Positions 1 through 13,200 are shown, counted from the stretch's first letter. The stretch: DNA of 64,000 bases from Leucoraja erinacea (GCF_028641065.1 NC_073400.1:31992001-32056000), one strand, 5' to 3'. A program made the numbers and translations. The notes: generated by a model from the letters alone, not told the origin.

Positions 1-542
1 AATATTTCAGAGCAGCCTACCATGCGGTACCTTGTCTCATCTCTTGCTGAAACTCACATATACATCATATGCAGCTATGCCATCATCAACCTTTTTGGTC
101 ACATCTTTAAAAAAACTCATTCATATCTGTGAGACACTACCTCCTGTATACAAAACCATCTCTAATCAGCCCTTGTCCATCTAAACACATGTATAGATAT
201 CCCTCAGAAAACTCTGTAGTAACTTTCTCACCACAAATGTTCTGCTCATGGGGTTCTACATTTGTTACCTTACACCATGCTCACTGGCCCAAGTGCTGCG
301 GTGCAGCTGCTGTAGTGAAACCTGTGTGTGACGTGAGGACTAGGACTTAGATCTGACCAGATGCCCTGGACCTTGCTTCATCATTGGCTGAGATCACACC
401 AGTCACAGCAACTCCACTTTTGTTCAGCTTCTAAACATTGGCCGGTGTGGGCAAGTCGGGCCGAAGGGCCTGTTTCCACACTGTATCACCCTATGACTCT
501 AAAGATGGAAATGCCAATGACTAGAGAGCACAGTTTTAAGGT

Positions 543-1389
543 CCGGTGGGCGGCGCGACTCTCGTCAGCAGCGGCCTCTGCAGTCTGTCCGCGGTTTATT
601 ATTTTTTGTCTGTGTTTTAATGTAGTTTTTGTTATTTTTTGTTGGGGTGTGTGTGTGGGGGGAAAAACTTTTTAAATCTCTCCCTGCACTGGAGACCCGA
701 CCTTTTTTCGTCGGGTTTCCGTTGTCGTTGGGGCCGCAACGAGGAGCGGCCTCCAACAGGAAGAAGCCGGGGACTCTGGTGCTACGACTCACCGTCGCCG
801 TCGCGGGGCTGGCCGAGTCCGGAGCGGGTGGAGCGGTGGAGGAGCGCTGCTGCTGCTGCTGCTGCTGCTACCGGAGAGTCGGAGGCTCCAACGGCAGGTC
901 TGTGGACGGTGGCACCGGGAGCCCGCGGCTCCCTGGAGGGAGACCGCTTTTCAGGGCTCTCGCAACGGCGACTTCCCCCGTCCGAGTTGCGGGGTCGGAG
1001 AGCTCCTGGAGCGGGGCCTTTACAGCACCACCCCGCGAGGCTTGGAATGGCCGCGGGACTCTGCGAGCGCACGCCGGGGGCTCTAACACCAAGACCCGGT
1101 GTGCGACCTTGCACCACCCGGCGTGGCTTTAATGGCCGTGGGACAATCGCCATCGCCAGCCGGGGGCTTTGACTTTGACTCTGACATCGGGGGGGGGGGG
1201 AGAGTGCAGTGGAGAGATAAGTGTTTTTGGCCTTCCATCACAATGATGTGATGGATGTTTATGTAAATTATGTTGTGTTGTTGTGTCTTGGGTCTATTTG
1301 TTTGTAATGTATGGCTGCAGAAACGGCATTTCGTTTGGACCTCAAGGGGTCCAAATGACAATTAAATGTATCTTGTATCTTGTATCTTG
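543..1389 (+). mobile_element. Non-autonomous retroposon (GC-rich body, (TATCTTG)n 3' tail) inserted into a CR1 fragment
   Basis: AAGGT target duplication at 538-542 and 1390-1394; simple-repeat tail. Related copies at about 23968-24640 (-) and 61790-62630 (+). Confidence 0.7.
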
Positions 1390-1818
1390 AAGGTGAAAGG
1401 GCAAAGCTTAAAGCAGATGTGCAGGGCAGTTATTTGACACAGTGGGTGGTGGGTGCCTGGCACGTGCTGCCAGGGGTGGGGGTGGTGGAGGCAGATATGA
1501 TATGGCATTTAAGAGACATTTGGATAGGCACATAAATATGCAGGGATTGGAGGGATGTAGATATGTGCAGGAAGATTAGAGTTGGTCTTGGCATCATGTC
1601 CAGCACACACGTTATGGGCCGAAGGGCCTGTTCCTGTGCTGCACTGTTCTATGTTCTACAACAGTAACTAAACTATGAACCATGGATTGTTTTTGGATGC
1701 ACGAAGGACTTTAGACTTTTTGCACTAGTATTGGGGTTATAAATTAATTGATTTTTTTGTTTATTAAATGTTCTCTATGAGTACGGTGTTTCCAAGCCTG
1801 TTCTGCTGCTTCAGGTAA

Positions 1819-2132
1819 CGGCCCTGTCCCACGGTACGAGTTCATTCCAAGAGCTCTCCCGAGTTTGCCCTGATCTGAACTCGGAGATTTACGGTAATGG
1901 CCGCTCGTCGGTACTCGGGGCTCTCGTGGACTATTATCAACATGTTGAAAAATCTTCACGAGTCTTCCCGTGCTTACCTGCCGTTAGCGAGTCTTCCTGA
2001 GTACCTGCCGTTAGCGTTACAAGCCGCTAAGAGACGTCCCCGCTCCGTTCATTCTCCGTGCTTATCACGAGTTTGATTTTTTTTAAACTCGGGAGAGCTC
2101 TTGGGATGAACTTGTACCGTGGGACAGGGCCA
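1819..2132. mobile_element. PIF/Harbinger-type MITE
   Basis: About 45-bp terminal inverted repeats (GGCCCTGTCCCACGGTAC...GTACCGTGGGACAGGGCC) with TAA on both flanks. Confidence 0.8.
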
Positions 2133-3115
2133 TAAGGATTTCATAGTCCCATTGTTGGTACATACGACAATTAAACACTCTTGCCTCTAGACTCTTGATA
2201 CCTGAGACCATATGATCCACCTAACTTCACCGCCAAACATCCTCTCTTGCCCGGTTCTGTTGAAGGATCTTCATTCTGAAACGTTGCCTCTGTTGCTCCC
2301 CCTCAGATGCTGCCTGACCCACTGTGTGTCTCCCACATTCCCCTTTATTTTTGTTCCTGTTCTCAACATCTGCGGACTCCTGATTTTCCACATGTTGTTC
2401 CGTCCCCGTGTGGTCATGAACAATGTTGGACACAGCTCATAGAAGCCGGCGATGTTGCCCGTAGTGAGCAAGAGTTGCACAAAGTTCACACCCAACTCAA
2501 TGCTGGCGTACAAAGAATCACTCACACCGGCTGTCTTCGAGAGAGTTTATTTCCATTAATGATACATTTACCGGTGCAAACAGGGTCAGTTCTCCTCACT
2601 GCATGCGATCCACGCTCACACCTTCCACGCTGCTCATCTTTGTACCTTTACTATTCCCTACTTGGTATCATAGCACGAAAACAGGCCCTTCAGCCCAACT
2701 CGCCCATGCAGACCCATATACCCCATCTAAGCCAGTCCTCAGCCACCCCATCAAATAATTCCTATCCATGGATCCATCCAAGTGTCTATTAAATGTGGTT
2801 TTAGTGCCTGCCTCCACTACCTCCTCTGGCAGCTCGTTCCATACACCCACCACCCTCTGAGAAAAATGTTGCCCCTATTTATATAGAGTTTGCACGTTCT
2901 CATTGTGGATGGTTTTGTGTATGTTTGCAGGTTAATTGGTCAGTGTAAATTGTCCGTAGTGTGTGGGACAAAACTGGTGTATGGGGTGATCACTGGTCCC
3001 CATTGACTCTGTGGGCCGAAGGGCCTGTTTCCCTGCTGTACCTCTGAACTAAACTAAACTAAACTAGACTTTGCTACTGACCCTGGGGCGGGCCCTGTTG
3101 AATGAGTGGAAGCTT

Positions 3116-3625
3116 TCAATCCATTAACAGCCAGGTCTCTTCTTCACACTTCCCATAATTATAAGTGGTCCAACGGCAGGAATATATCGCCTCATCGTCC
3201 TCTTGTGCCTGTGTAAGGACCAACGAGGCGTCCCGATGCATGATGACGTTTTGATACACGAACCACCGATGGACATCAGACCTTTGATATTTCGCAAAGG
3301 TCCTAAATGTGGCAATGGAAACACCATCTTTACTCCACGAAACAGAGCCCAGTGCACCGTAATCTTTGGATATTTTACAGTACAGCGTTACAGAATTACC
3401 CGGAGATGCAATGATCACACTATGTCTAGTTAGGAGAGGCTGACCTAGCCTGCCCTGGCAGTCTGGAAACCGATCTTCATTGACCTGCCGAGGCTCCCGT
3501 GCGTTCCACCCGGGCAAGTTTGCTTCCTCTCCCCATTCTCTGGAGATCGGACCTGTTCCAGTTGCGGAGACTTGCCACACCATCTCCACAAGGACCATGA
3601 ATCCTATCCATCTCTGCAGCCCCAT
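3116..3625 (-). CDS. Predicted secreted single V-set immunoglobulin-domain protein (169 aa, single coding exon)
   Basis: Acceptor ttcacccacag at 3630-3631, then good Kozak AACATGG and a hydrophobic leader MGLQRWIGFMVLVEMVWQVSA. V-set hallmarks: GNSVTLYC, VSWSK, DASLVL, EDDEAIYSC. Stop falls directly after the G strand, with no TM segment. Confidence 0.75.
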   Translation of the reverse strand: MGLQRWIGFMVLVEMVWQVSATGTGPISREWGEEANLPGWNAREPRQVNEDRFPDCQGRLGQPLLTRHSVIIASPGNSVTLYCKISKDYGALGSVSWSKDGVSIATFRTFAKYQRSDVHRWFVYQNVIMHRDASLVLTQAQEDDEAIYSCRWTTYNYGKCEEETWLLMD

Positions 3626-3759
3626 GTTCCTGTGGGTGAAACAATGGGTCACCTTATTGCAACTCAGTAGGATTCATGATGACATTCCCTGAAGCTGCTG
3701 CCACCACACTGGGCAATGTCGCTGTGCAGCTTCTACAGCTCCCGCCTGGTTTAGTTTAA

Positions 3760-4172
3760 GTTGCTTTGACCTGTCGTGGACCAACAACATTGAAGTGGCA
3801 GCCAAGGAGGCACACCAATGTATCTACTTCCTCAGAGACAGAGGAAATACGACAAGTCTCCAATGTCTCTTAGGACCTTCTACAGATGCACCACAGAGAG
3901 CAGGCTGTGGGGTTACATCACAATTTGGTTTGGGAACAGCTCTGAGCCCAAGATCACAAGAAATTGCAGAGTTGTGGATGGAGCCCAGTCCATCACACAG
4001 ACCACACTCCCCACCAGTTACTCCATCTACAACCAAAAAAATCAAAGACTTGTCCCACCCCGGTCATTCCTCCTTCTCCCTGGTCCTGTCTAGCAGAAGG
4101 TACAGAAGCTTGAAAGCGCGCACCACCAGACTCAGGAACAGCTTCTTCCCCTCTGCTATCAGGCTTCTGAAC
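3760..4172 (+). mobile_element. Rex/Babar- or L2-type LINE 3' RT fragment
   Basis: Degenerate 'YFLR...TFYRCTTES.LWGYIT.WFGN...[11 protein letters not shown]' peptide. Similar fragments at about 7935-8140, 10410-10680 (-), 19870-20370 and 63530-63780. Confidence 0.7.
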
Positions 4173-5029
4173 TGGGGGAACAGTGAACAGAGACAATCCC
4201 ACCCCCATCACTCACAGACACTTGAAGGATCCACAGGGTTGGTTACCAGCTCCGGAGTCTCCACACAGGGTGACGGGGTCGGTCTTGTTCTCATCTCCTG
4301 CCATCGCTCGCTCCTTTTATACCGACTCCCGGCTTCTCCTGCCCCTCATTGTCTGCCCTCACGTACATTCAACCAATCACTGCCTCCCACGGAGCATTGG
4401 CCGGAGTCAGCCGCGACCTCTCCACCCTCTGCCAAACGTGTCGTTGCATCAGCCGTTAACGTTTAACAAGAACAACGTCATCCCAGCTGCCAGCGGCCAA
4501 CCAGGCGCCCCATGATGCAATGACACGTTTAGCAGAAGGTGGAGAGGTCGCGGCTGACTCCAGCCAATATGTGGGACACGTTGTCAACTGTTGGGACAGC
4601 TTTGATGACCACACTCTCGTTAGTAATTAACGGCGGCTGACTAGCAACCACACGGAGACAAGTCTGGGCACCAACCTGTGGATGACAGTGTTTGCTTGAC
4701 ACCAGTTTGTATTGGGGTGGCACAGTGGTAGCATAGCAGTAGAGTTGCTGCCTCACAGCGCCAGAGACCCGGGTTCGATCCTGACTACGGGTGCTGCCAA
4801 CCCGTGACAACGGCCAGACAACGGCCAGGCAACGGTCATTCTTCACCTGGTTATATTGTAACGTTTCATTCTTAATTGTTAACTGTATATCGTGTTGTAA
4901 CTTGTGAGCAAGGCAACAAGGCAAATTCTTGTATGTATACATACTTGGCTAATAGCATTTATTCAATTCAATTCATAGCAACTGAAATTGCTGACATAAA
5001 TTGATAAACTGTTTAGGGGAATTTTGAAG

Positions 5030-5415
5030 GATGAGAGGAGGACCTCATTGAAACTTACCGAATAGTGAAAGGCCTGGACAGAGTGGATATGGAGCGGATG
5101 TTTCCATTATTTACAGAGTCCAGGCCAAGAGGGCACAGCCTCAGAATAAAAGGAAGTACCGATAGGAAGGAGATGAGGAGGAATTTCCTTAGTCAGACGG
5201 TGGTGAATCTTTGGAATTCATTGCCACAGATGGCAGTGGAGGCCAAGTCATTGGGTATTTTTAAAGTGGAGATTGACAGATTCTTGATTAGTACGGGTGT
5301 CAGAGGTTATGGGGAGAAGGCAGGAGAATGGCGTTGAGAGGGAGAGATAGATCAGCCGTGATTGAACGGCGGAGTAGACTTGATGGGGCAAATGGCCTAA
5401 TTCTGCTCCTGAAAC
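5030..5415 (+). mobile_element. CR1-type (HER1-like) LINE 3' fragment
   Basis: Translates to 'KGLDRVDMERMFP...RGHSLRIKG...RNFLSQTVVNLWNSLP'. Confidence 0.8.
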
Positions 5416-5454
5416 TGATGCACATGAACAGATACAAAGTACGCTGTTATCTGT

Positions 5455-5555
5455 TTGAAATTATGGCTTTATTTTATTGTTTTAACAGCAACAATTCTCT
5501 TTGTGATGGACAAACGATCGGTGGTGGAAGTTCCCGGTTGTTTGTCGAGCGCAGT
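5455..5555 (-). other. Putative non-coding terminal exon of the chitinase gene with polyA signals
   Basis: Strong acceptor tctttctgttgcag (5556-5557) and overlapping AATAAA at 5468-5478 (-). Pairs with the AAG|gtgagt donor at 6956-6961. Confidence 0.55.
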
Positions 5556-6479
5556 CTGCAACAGAAAGATCATCTTAGAATTCTCACAACCAGGAAGGAT
5601 GTCTACACATCAGATCAAAAACAATATCTAAAGTACGTCTTTATTTTAAAGTTTCTAGTTTAGTTTAGTTTATTATCACGTGGACCGAGGTGCAGTGAAA
5701 CGTATTTTTGTTTGCGTGCTATCCTGTCAGTGGAAAGACTACACATGATTACAGTCCAGCCGCCCACAGTGTACAGATACAGGATGAAGGGGTTAATGTT
5801 CAGTGTGAGGTAAAGTCCGACCAGAGATAATCCAAAGTGTGATGGGGCTACGCAGCAGGGAGACAGGCCGTTCAGTGCATACCTGACCCTCACTCATTTC
5901 CCCCAACATTCCCATCAGTTCTCCCCAGATTCCAACCCTCACCTACACACGAGGAGCAATTTACCGAGGGCCTGTCAACCTACAACCCTGCGCAACTTTG
6001 GGATGTGGGAGGAAACCGGAGCTCCTGGAGAAAAACCCACGCGGTCATGGGGAGAACGTGCAAACTCCGTCACCCAGAGAGTTGTGAATCTGTGGAATTC
6101 TCCGCCACAGAAGGCAGTGGAGGCCAATTCACCGGATGTTTTCGAGAGAGAGTTGGATATAGCTCTTAGAGCTAATGGAATCAAGGGATGTGGGAGAAAG
6201 CAGGAATGCGGTACTGATTTTGGATGATCAGTCATGATCGTATCGAATGGCGGTGCTGGCTCGAAGGGTTCTAACTCCACACACAGACAGCTCCGGTAGT
6301 CAGGATTGAACCTGTCTCTCTGGAGCTGTGAGGCAGCAGCTCCACCCGCTGCACGGCTACATTTTCTGGAGTGGTCGCCTGTTTTCTGGCCCTTGCCCAT
6401 CCCCACCACCGCACTCTTCTCTCCAGGCTGCCCGTTATCAGGGGACAACTCCATGAAGCCAGGGACCCAGAGAGGAGGT

Positions 6480-6770
6480 GACACGGTGGCGCAGCGGGAG
6501 ACACACCGCTTACATATCTTACAGCGCCAAAGACCCCGGTTCCATCCTGACCACGGGCGCTGTCTGTACAGAGTTTGTACCTTCTCTCCGTGACCGCGTG
6601 GGTTTTCTCCGGGTGCTCCGGTTTCCTCCCACATTCCAAAAACATACAGGTTTGTCGGTTAATTGGTTTCTGTAAATTGTAAATTGTCCCTAGTGTGTAG
6701 GATAGTGTTAGTGTACGGGGTGGCATGGTCTCGGTGGGCTGAAGGGCCTGTTTTTGTGCTGTTTCTCTAA
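6480..6770 (+). mobile_element. tRNA-derived SINE (HE1/V-SINE-like)
   Basis: A-box/B-box head (TGGCGCAGCGG...GGTTCCATCC), conserved core and CR1-like tail. Dozens of copies in the window, e.g. 8203-8513, 12975-13272, 21265-21590, 26790-27116, 35010-35300, 56160-56480. Confidence 0.8.
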
Positions 6771-6970
6771 AGACTAGAGGTGACTCTGCTGGGTGAAAAT
6801 ACTATGACCAATGACCAGTCACATACTACTCTTGTGTTTCTTACCCCATGAGCAGTGTGGAAGGGCAAGTAGGGTCAGTATGGACTTGTTGGGCTGAAGG
6901 GCTGGTTCTGAACTGTATGACCCGATGCCCAGTATAGAGTGTGAGGTCGGCAAGCACTCACCTTCTGCCA

Positions 6971-7218
6971 TTAAGGCCAGTTGCAACATTTACAGGATAA
7001 ATCGAAGACTAATCCAGTGGCACAGCTCTTCAGGTAGGTCCGACCATTGGCGCACTGGTAGAACTTGTTCTTGTCCTTGGGATCAGCGAAGGTACCGTTG
7101 GCTTTGCCCTTACAGAAGCCACTGCCTCCACCACCGCTGCTGCCACCGCCTCCACCACCACTAGGGGCATCAGTAGGTGGAACCGCCGGCGCCAATGTTG
7201 TCTTGGATGGGACGCAAG
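6971..7218 (-). CDS. chia: chia exon 11 (linker + CBM14)
   Basis: [13 protein letters not shown]...FYQC...[18 protein letters not shown]. Confidence 0.93.
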
Positions 7219-10200
7219 CTGCAAAGAAACACAGTTCGTTATAAGTTCATAAGCTCTCCTCAATTCATAGGAGAATTAGCCCATTGGGTTTACTCCACTA
7301 TTCAATCATGGCTGATCTATCACTCCCTCTCAACCCCATTCTCCTGCCTTCTCCCCATAAACCCTGACACCAGAACTAATCAAGAATCTGTCAATCTGAA
7401 ATACCCGTTGACTTGGCCTCCATATCCATCTTAGTTCATGTAGAAACAAGGAACAGCAGATGCAGGTCTACAAAGTGTGAATATCCCAGTCAATAGGATG
7501 ATGCCACTGAACCTCCCTCTCACCAACTCCTGAGCGGGGTCCTGACCTCCCATCCACCCCAGATGCTGGTCTATAAAAAGAGACACAATGTGCTGGAGTA
7601 ACAGTTGCTTGTTCCCTATACCCACTGTGGAAAACATAGCTACATACCTAGTCCTACCACTATCTGCCTCCACCACCACCCCTGGTAGCATGTTCCAGGC
7701 ACCCACCACCCTCTGTGTGAAAGACTTGTCCTGCACATCTCCATTACCTCCAGAGATGCCAAGGCCAGAGTGCAGAGTGTTGATGAGGGGGTAGGGTCCC
7801 TGGTGACAGAAGGCACCAGAGAAGTCATCCAGAGCCAGATCCCAGACCATAGCTCCTCCAAAGTTGTTCTTCTTCAGCCACGCAACCTGGAAGACACAGT
7901 TCACATCTTTACACCAACATCCCTCAGTCAATAATGGCTTCTACAATGCGCTGTAGAAAGCTTTCTATCGGGATTCATCACAGCACGGTTTGGGAATGGC
8001 TCCATCCGAAACACGCAAGAAATTGCAGCAAGTTGCTGACGCAGCCCAGACCGTCACACAAACCAACCTCCCTTCCGTTGACTCCATCTACACCTCACTC
8101 TGCCTCAGCAAGGCCACCCGTATAATCGAGGACCAGTCTCGCCCAAGCACCAGAGAAATAAAAACAGAAATTCCACGTTTCCTCGATGTGAATCATTTCA
8201 TGAGGGCAGCACGGTGGCGCAGCGGTAGAGCTGCTTTGCTGCCACACAGCGCCAGAGACCCGGTTTCGATCCTGACTACAGGTGCTGTCTGTATGGAGTT
8301 TGTACGTTCTCCATGCGACCTGCGTGGGCTTTCTCCGGGTGCTCAGGTTTCCTCCCACACTCCAAAGACATACAGGTTAGTAGATTAATTGTCTTCGGTA
8401 AAATTCCTGGTGTGTGTAGTACAGTGCCCAGTGTGTGGGGATCGCTGGTCGGCCCGGACTCGATGGGCCGAAGGGCCTGTTTCCAGCTGTACCTCTAAAC
8501 TATACTAAACTAAAGGTTACTCCCTGCCTTCCTCACACAGTCCCGCCCCAATGGAAATATATTAAATCCCTAGAGAACAAATGTCAGACCCAAATCAAAA
8601 ATGTCCATGTTTAAAGCACATTCTAAAGAGCATAGCATCAATTTTAACGGCGACTTAAACTTGTTTGAACTGCATAACAAAGCATGATCATCACTTAACA
8701 TCCAAGGGAAGGCACAGATCTAAGGCAAATGTGACTTACTTTATAAAATAGAAATAATCATTTTATTCATGTGATAGGAGCAGAATTAGGCCATTCGGCC
8801 CATCAAGTCTACTCCGCCATTCACTCTGCCATTCACTCTAGTCTACTCCGCCATCAAGTCTACTCCGCCATGGCTGATCTATCTCTCCCTCCTAACCCCA
8901 TTCTCCTCCCTTCTCCGCATAACCCATGACACGCGAACACCATGAATTTATGGTGAGCTGGAAATTTTATGCAGAATGTTAACGACAAAAGATTCTAAGG
9001 ATTTTGAAGCATAATTCTGGAGTTCACTGTTGGAAACTCTGCAGTAGATATTGAGATAAACGAGACCACGGTGGTTCACGCAGGAAGGGTGGAACATCGA
9101 TGGTCAGATGTACCTTGTCTCCGAAGCTCTTGACGTTGTCATAGCCGACCCATATTCCACTCTTGAAGGCGTACGGGGTGTCTTGTGGGGCGTTCCATTC
9201 GCTGGTGGCACCGTTCAGGAACCCGCAGATCTGCCCAGAGACGGAGATGTTAGGGACCAATCTTGTCGAGTTGGAAAAAAATCATGAGAGGAACCGATCA
9301 GGTAAACGCAAACGCAGAGACGGCGAATCGAGAACAAGAGGACATGGGTGAGGGAGAAAGATTTAATAGGAATGGTGCTGGCTTGAAGGGCCGAATGGCC
9401 TACTCCTGCACTTATTGTCTATTAAATCTGAGGGGTAACCATTTGACTCCAAGGGTGGTGGGTGGTGATAGTGACAAAGGCTGGAGGGGAACAGGAGACG
9501 AAATAGTGTCAGATACTGAGACGAGAGGGGAAGAGAGATGTGGAGAGAGGTGCAAAGAGAGGAGGAAAGAGGTGAGAGAGATATAGGTTAAGAGAAGGGA
9601 GAAAGACATGAAAGAGAAAGATAGAAAGAGGAGAGGAGAGAAAGATGTATAAAGAGCGATATATCCAGAAAGTGGAGGAGAGATATAAAGCCGGAGGGAG
9701 GGATGTGGTGAGAAGGAGATAGTGGGGAGGGCAAAGAGGAAGGGGAGGATAGAAGGGAAATGGGGATCTCTTGAGGAGGGGAACGGAGAACATGGGTGTG
9801 CGATGTTTCGGGTGGAGATCCTTCCTCAGGCTGCAGCACCTTGTGTCCATCTATGTTGTGTGTGGTTATTCAGTATTGGATTGGAAGATAACATTGAGTA
9901 AAGAGCCACGCGGTTGGATTGGTCGGTAGGTACAGTACCTCATAGTAGGCCAGGAAGCCGGCTTGGCGGGTGAATTTGCCGGCTGGACCAGCGCCTCCTG
10001 CTGGGGCACCCACAGCCGTGCTGGACGAGGTCAGTCTGAATGTGTGTCCATAGGTGGGGAAACCCACATTCAACTTCTCCACTGGAGCCCCCTTGCTCTT
10101 CCAGTAGTTCATGGCGTATTCCTGCAGGGACACAGTTGGCATCAAAGGCTCATGTTTACGTTTAGGTTTATTATTATCACCTGTACCGAGGCACAGTGAA

Positions 10201-13200
10201 AAGCCCAAACAGATCAGATAATACCGTACATGAATACAATCAAATCAAACTCGGGTACAATAGGTAGAACAAAGGGGAAGATACAGAGTGTAGAATATAG
10301 TTCTCAGCATCGTAGTGCATCAGTTCCAGAGACAAAGTCCAATGTCCGCAATGGGGTAGAGGTGAATCGGACAGCACCCTAGCCTATGGAAGGACCGTTC
10401 AGAAGCCTGATAGCAGAGCGGAAGGAGCTGTTCCTGAGTCTGGTGGTGCGCGCTTTCAAGCTTCTGTACCTTCTGCTAGACAGGACCAGGGAGAAGGAGA
10501 AATGACTGGGGTGGGACAAGTCTTTGTTCTGTTGGCTGCTTTTCTGAGGAAGCGTGAAGTGTAGATGGAGCTAATGGTGGGGAGTGTGGTCTGTGTGATG
10601 GACTGGGCTCCATCCACAACTCTGCAATTTCTTGTGGTCTTGGGCTCAGAGCTGTTCCCAAACCTAGTTGTGATTCAACTCCACAGTCTGCTCCCCGTGG
10701 TGTATGGAACAGTTATATGGACTTGACAAAATGGGTTTATTTATTCGGAGAGAGGAGTTGAAAAAGTTGAGCAGGATTTATTTTTCTTGAGCACTTACCA
10801 CATTGAAGTAGAGGTTGGTTGTATCCTGGTTATTAGGCAGGGGATAGAGGGGGCTGTTCTCTCCAGTAACGTGGCTCCAGGGACCATAGAAATCGTAGGT
10901 CATCACGTTGAAGAAGTCAACTACCCTGCAAGAGAGGAGACGGGTCACCCTGATACTCCATGCACCAAATTAACATCAGAATGCAGAACAGTACAACACA
11001 GGAACAGGCCCTTCTGCCCACAATGTCCGTGCCAAACATGACGGCAAGATACACTCATCTCCTCCGTCTACACGTGATCCATATCCCTCCATTCCTTGTA
11101 TATCTACAAGCCTCTTAAACACCACTATCGTATCTGCCTCCACCACCACCACCCCTGGCAGCGCGTTCCTGGCACCCACCACTATCTCTGTAAAAAAAAA
11201 CATGCACATCTCCTTTAAACTTGAACATGATGCCAAGTCCATCACTTATCTACCTGCATATCACCAACATCCCTCCATGCCTGGCATGATCATGTGCCTA
11301 TCTAAAGGTCTTTTAAATGCCACTAAGATATCCGTTTCAACCACCACCTCAGCAGGTTCTGACTGTCTACACTATCTATGCCTCTAGTGATTTTATAAAT
11401 TTCTATCAAGTCTCTCCTCAACCTCTGACGTTCCAGAGGAAACAATGTAAATTTGTCCAACCTCTCCCTGTAGCTAATCCCCTCTAATCCAGGCAGCGCT
11501 CTGGTAACTCTCCTCTGAACCGTCTCTAAAGCCTCCACATGCTTCCTGTAATGGAGACGACCAGACCTGCACGCAATGCTCTAAATGCCTCCTGGCTAAA
11601 GACCTACAGAGCTTCAAGTTGGCTTCCTGACTCTCACACTCAATGCCCCGACTGATGAAGGCATTGAATGCATTAGGGTTGTGGATGGATCTCAATCACC
11701 GTGCTGGAAGCTCCCACCATTGAAATTGTGGAGCCATGAAAAACTAGTTCAAATACGACGTCAAACTCGCTAAACGCCCACAGGAAAAAGTTGGGTTTCT
11801 TTGCATGTGGAAGGACACTCACTGGCCGAGCTGAGGAACCTCGTAGCCAGTATCGATGTTGTTCTTCCCACCAGCAACGGCAGCCGAGAGCAGCAGTCGT
11901 GGCTTTCCTGCGCTTTTCCCTTCGGCCTCGAAGGCAGCCATCAGCTCCTGTGGGTCAGAGAGATCGAGGGCTCCTTTAGCAAGAGGTCAAGTCTAGTCTT
12001 AGGAAGGGTCCCGACCCGAAACATCGCCTATCCTCTTTCCTCAGAGATGCTGCCTGACCCGCTGAGTCACTCCAACACTTTGTGTCAATTTCAATTTTAG
12101 TTTAGTTTAGTCTAGAGTAACTCAGCGGGTCAGGCAGCATCTGTGGAGAACATGGATAGGTGACGTTTCACAGAGTGCTGGAGTAACTCAGCGGGTCAGG
12201 CAGCATCTGTGGAGAACATGGATAGGTGACGTTTCACAGAGTGCTGGAGTAACTCAGCGGGTGCAGCAGCATCTATGGAGCTAAGGAAATAGGCAACGTT
12301 TTGGGCCAAAACCCTTCCGGGTTTCGCCCCGAAACGTTGCCTATTTCCAGAAGGGTTTCGGCCCGAAACGTTGCCTATTTCCTTAGCTCCATAGATGCTG
12401 CTGCACCATAACTCAGCGGGTCAGGCAGCATCTGTGGAGAACATGGATAGGTGACGTTTCACAGAGTGCTGGAGAACTCAGCGGGTCAGGCAGCATCTGT
12501 GGAGATAAAGGATAGGTTTGACCTGAGTTTGGCCCATTTATTTTAAAGAAACTCATAGTGAGATGTACTTGACCGAACCTGAGCCAGGACAGTGTAGAGA
12601 TGCTTGTCAACGGGAGGACTTCCTCGAGATCCAGGATATTCCCAGTCGATGTCCAGACCGTCAAAGCCGTACCCTCTCAGGAAGGCGATGACTGACTTGA
12701 TGAAGATTTGCCGAGTTCCTGATGAGGCGACCATCGCGGTGAATCTGCAGGAGGGATGGATGTGGGGAGAGGAGTTAGAAATTAAATGGGCCGGAGACAC
12801 AAGGAACTGTAGTAACGGCCGCTGTACTCAGTGACCCAGTGAATCTGCTGTTATATCCTATCGTGTACAGATTCACCCTCGCCTTCATTAAATGTTCGTG
12901 ATAAAAAAATTACTCCTTTCTCCTGCTATTATCCCAAGTTTCATGTGAAATTATTATATCTGAAAATGACATTTAGTTCAGAGATACGGCATGGAAACAT
13001 GCCCTTCGGCCCCCCCAGTCTGCACCGACCAGCGATCCCCGCTCACTAACACTATGCTACACACACAAGGGACAATTTACATTTATAATAAGCCAATTAA
13101 CCTACAAATTTGTACGTCTTTGGAGTGTGGGAGCAAACTGAAGATCTCTGAGAAAACCCAGGTCACAGGGAGAACATACAAACTCCGTACAGACAGCGCC

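Noticed and set aside
629-1172. Long overlapping GC-rich ORFs with poly-Cys/poly-Ala
   Set aside because: They lie inside a TSD-flanked repeat with a (CTG)n tract, and frames are open on both strands because of GC content.
3116-7886. In-frame chitinase-Ig fusion protein by splicing exon 10 to the Ig exon
   Set aside because: Exon 10 ends in phase 1, but the Ig acceptor at 3630 needs phase 2, so the join is out of frame.
8203-8285. tRNA gene
   Set aside because: The tRNA-like A/B boxes are the head of a SINE that continues into core and CR1-derived tail sequence; the same applies to all similar copies.
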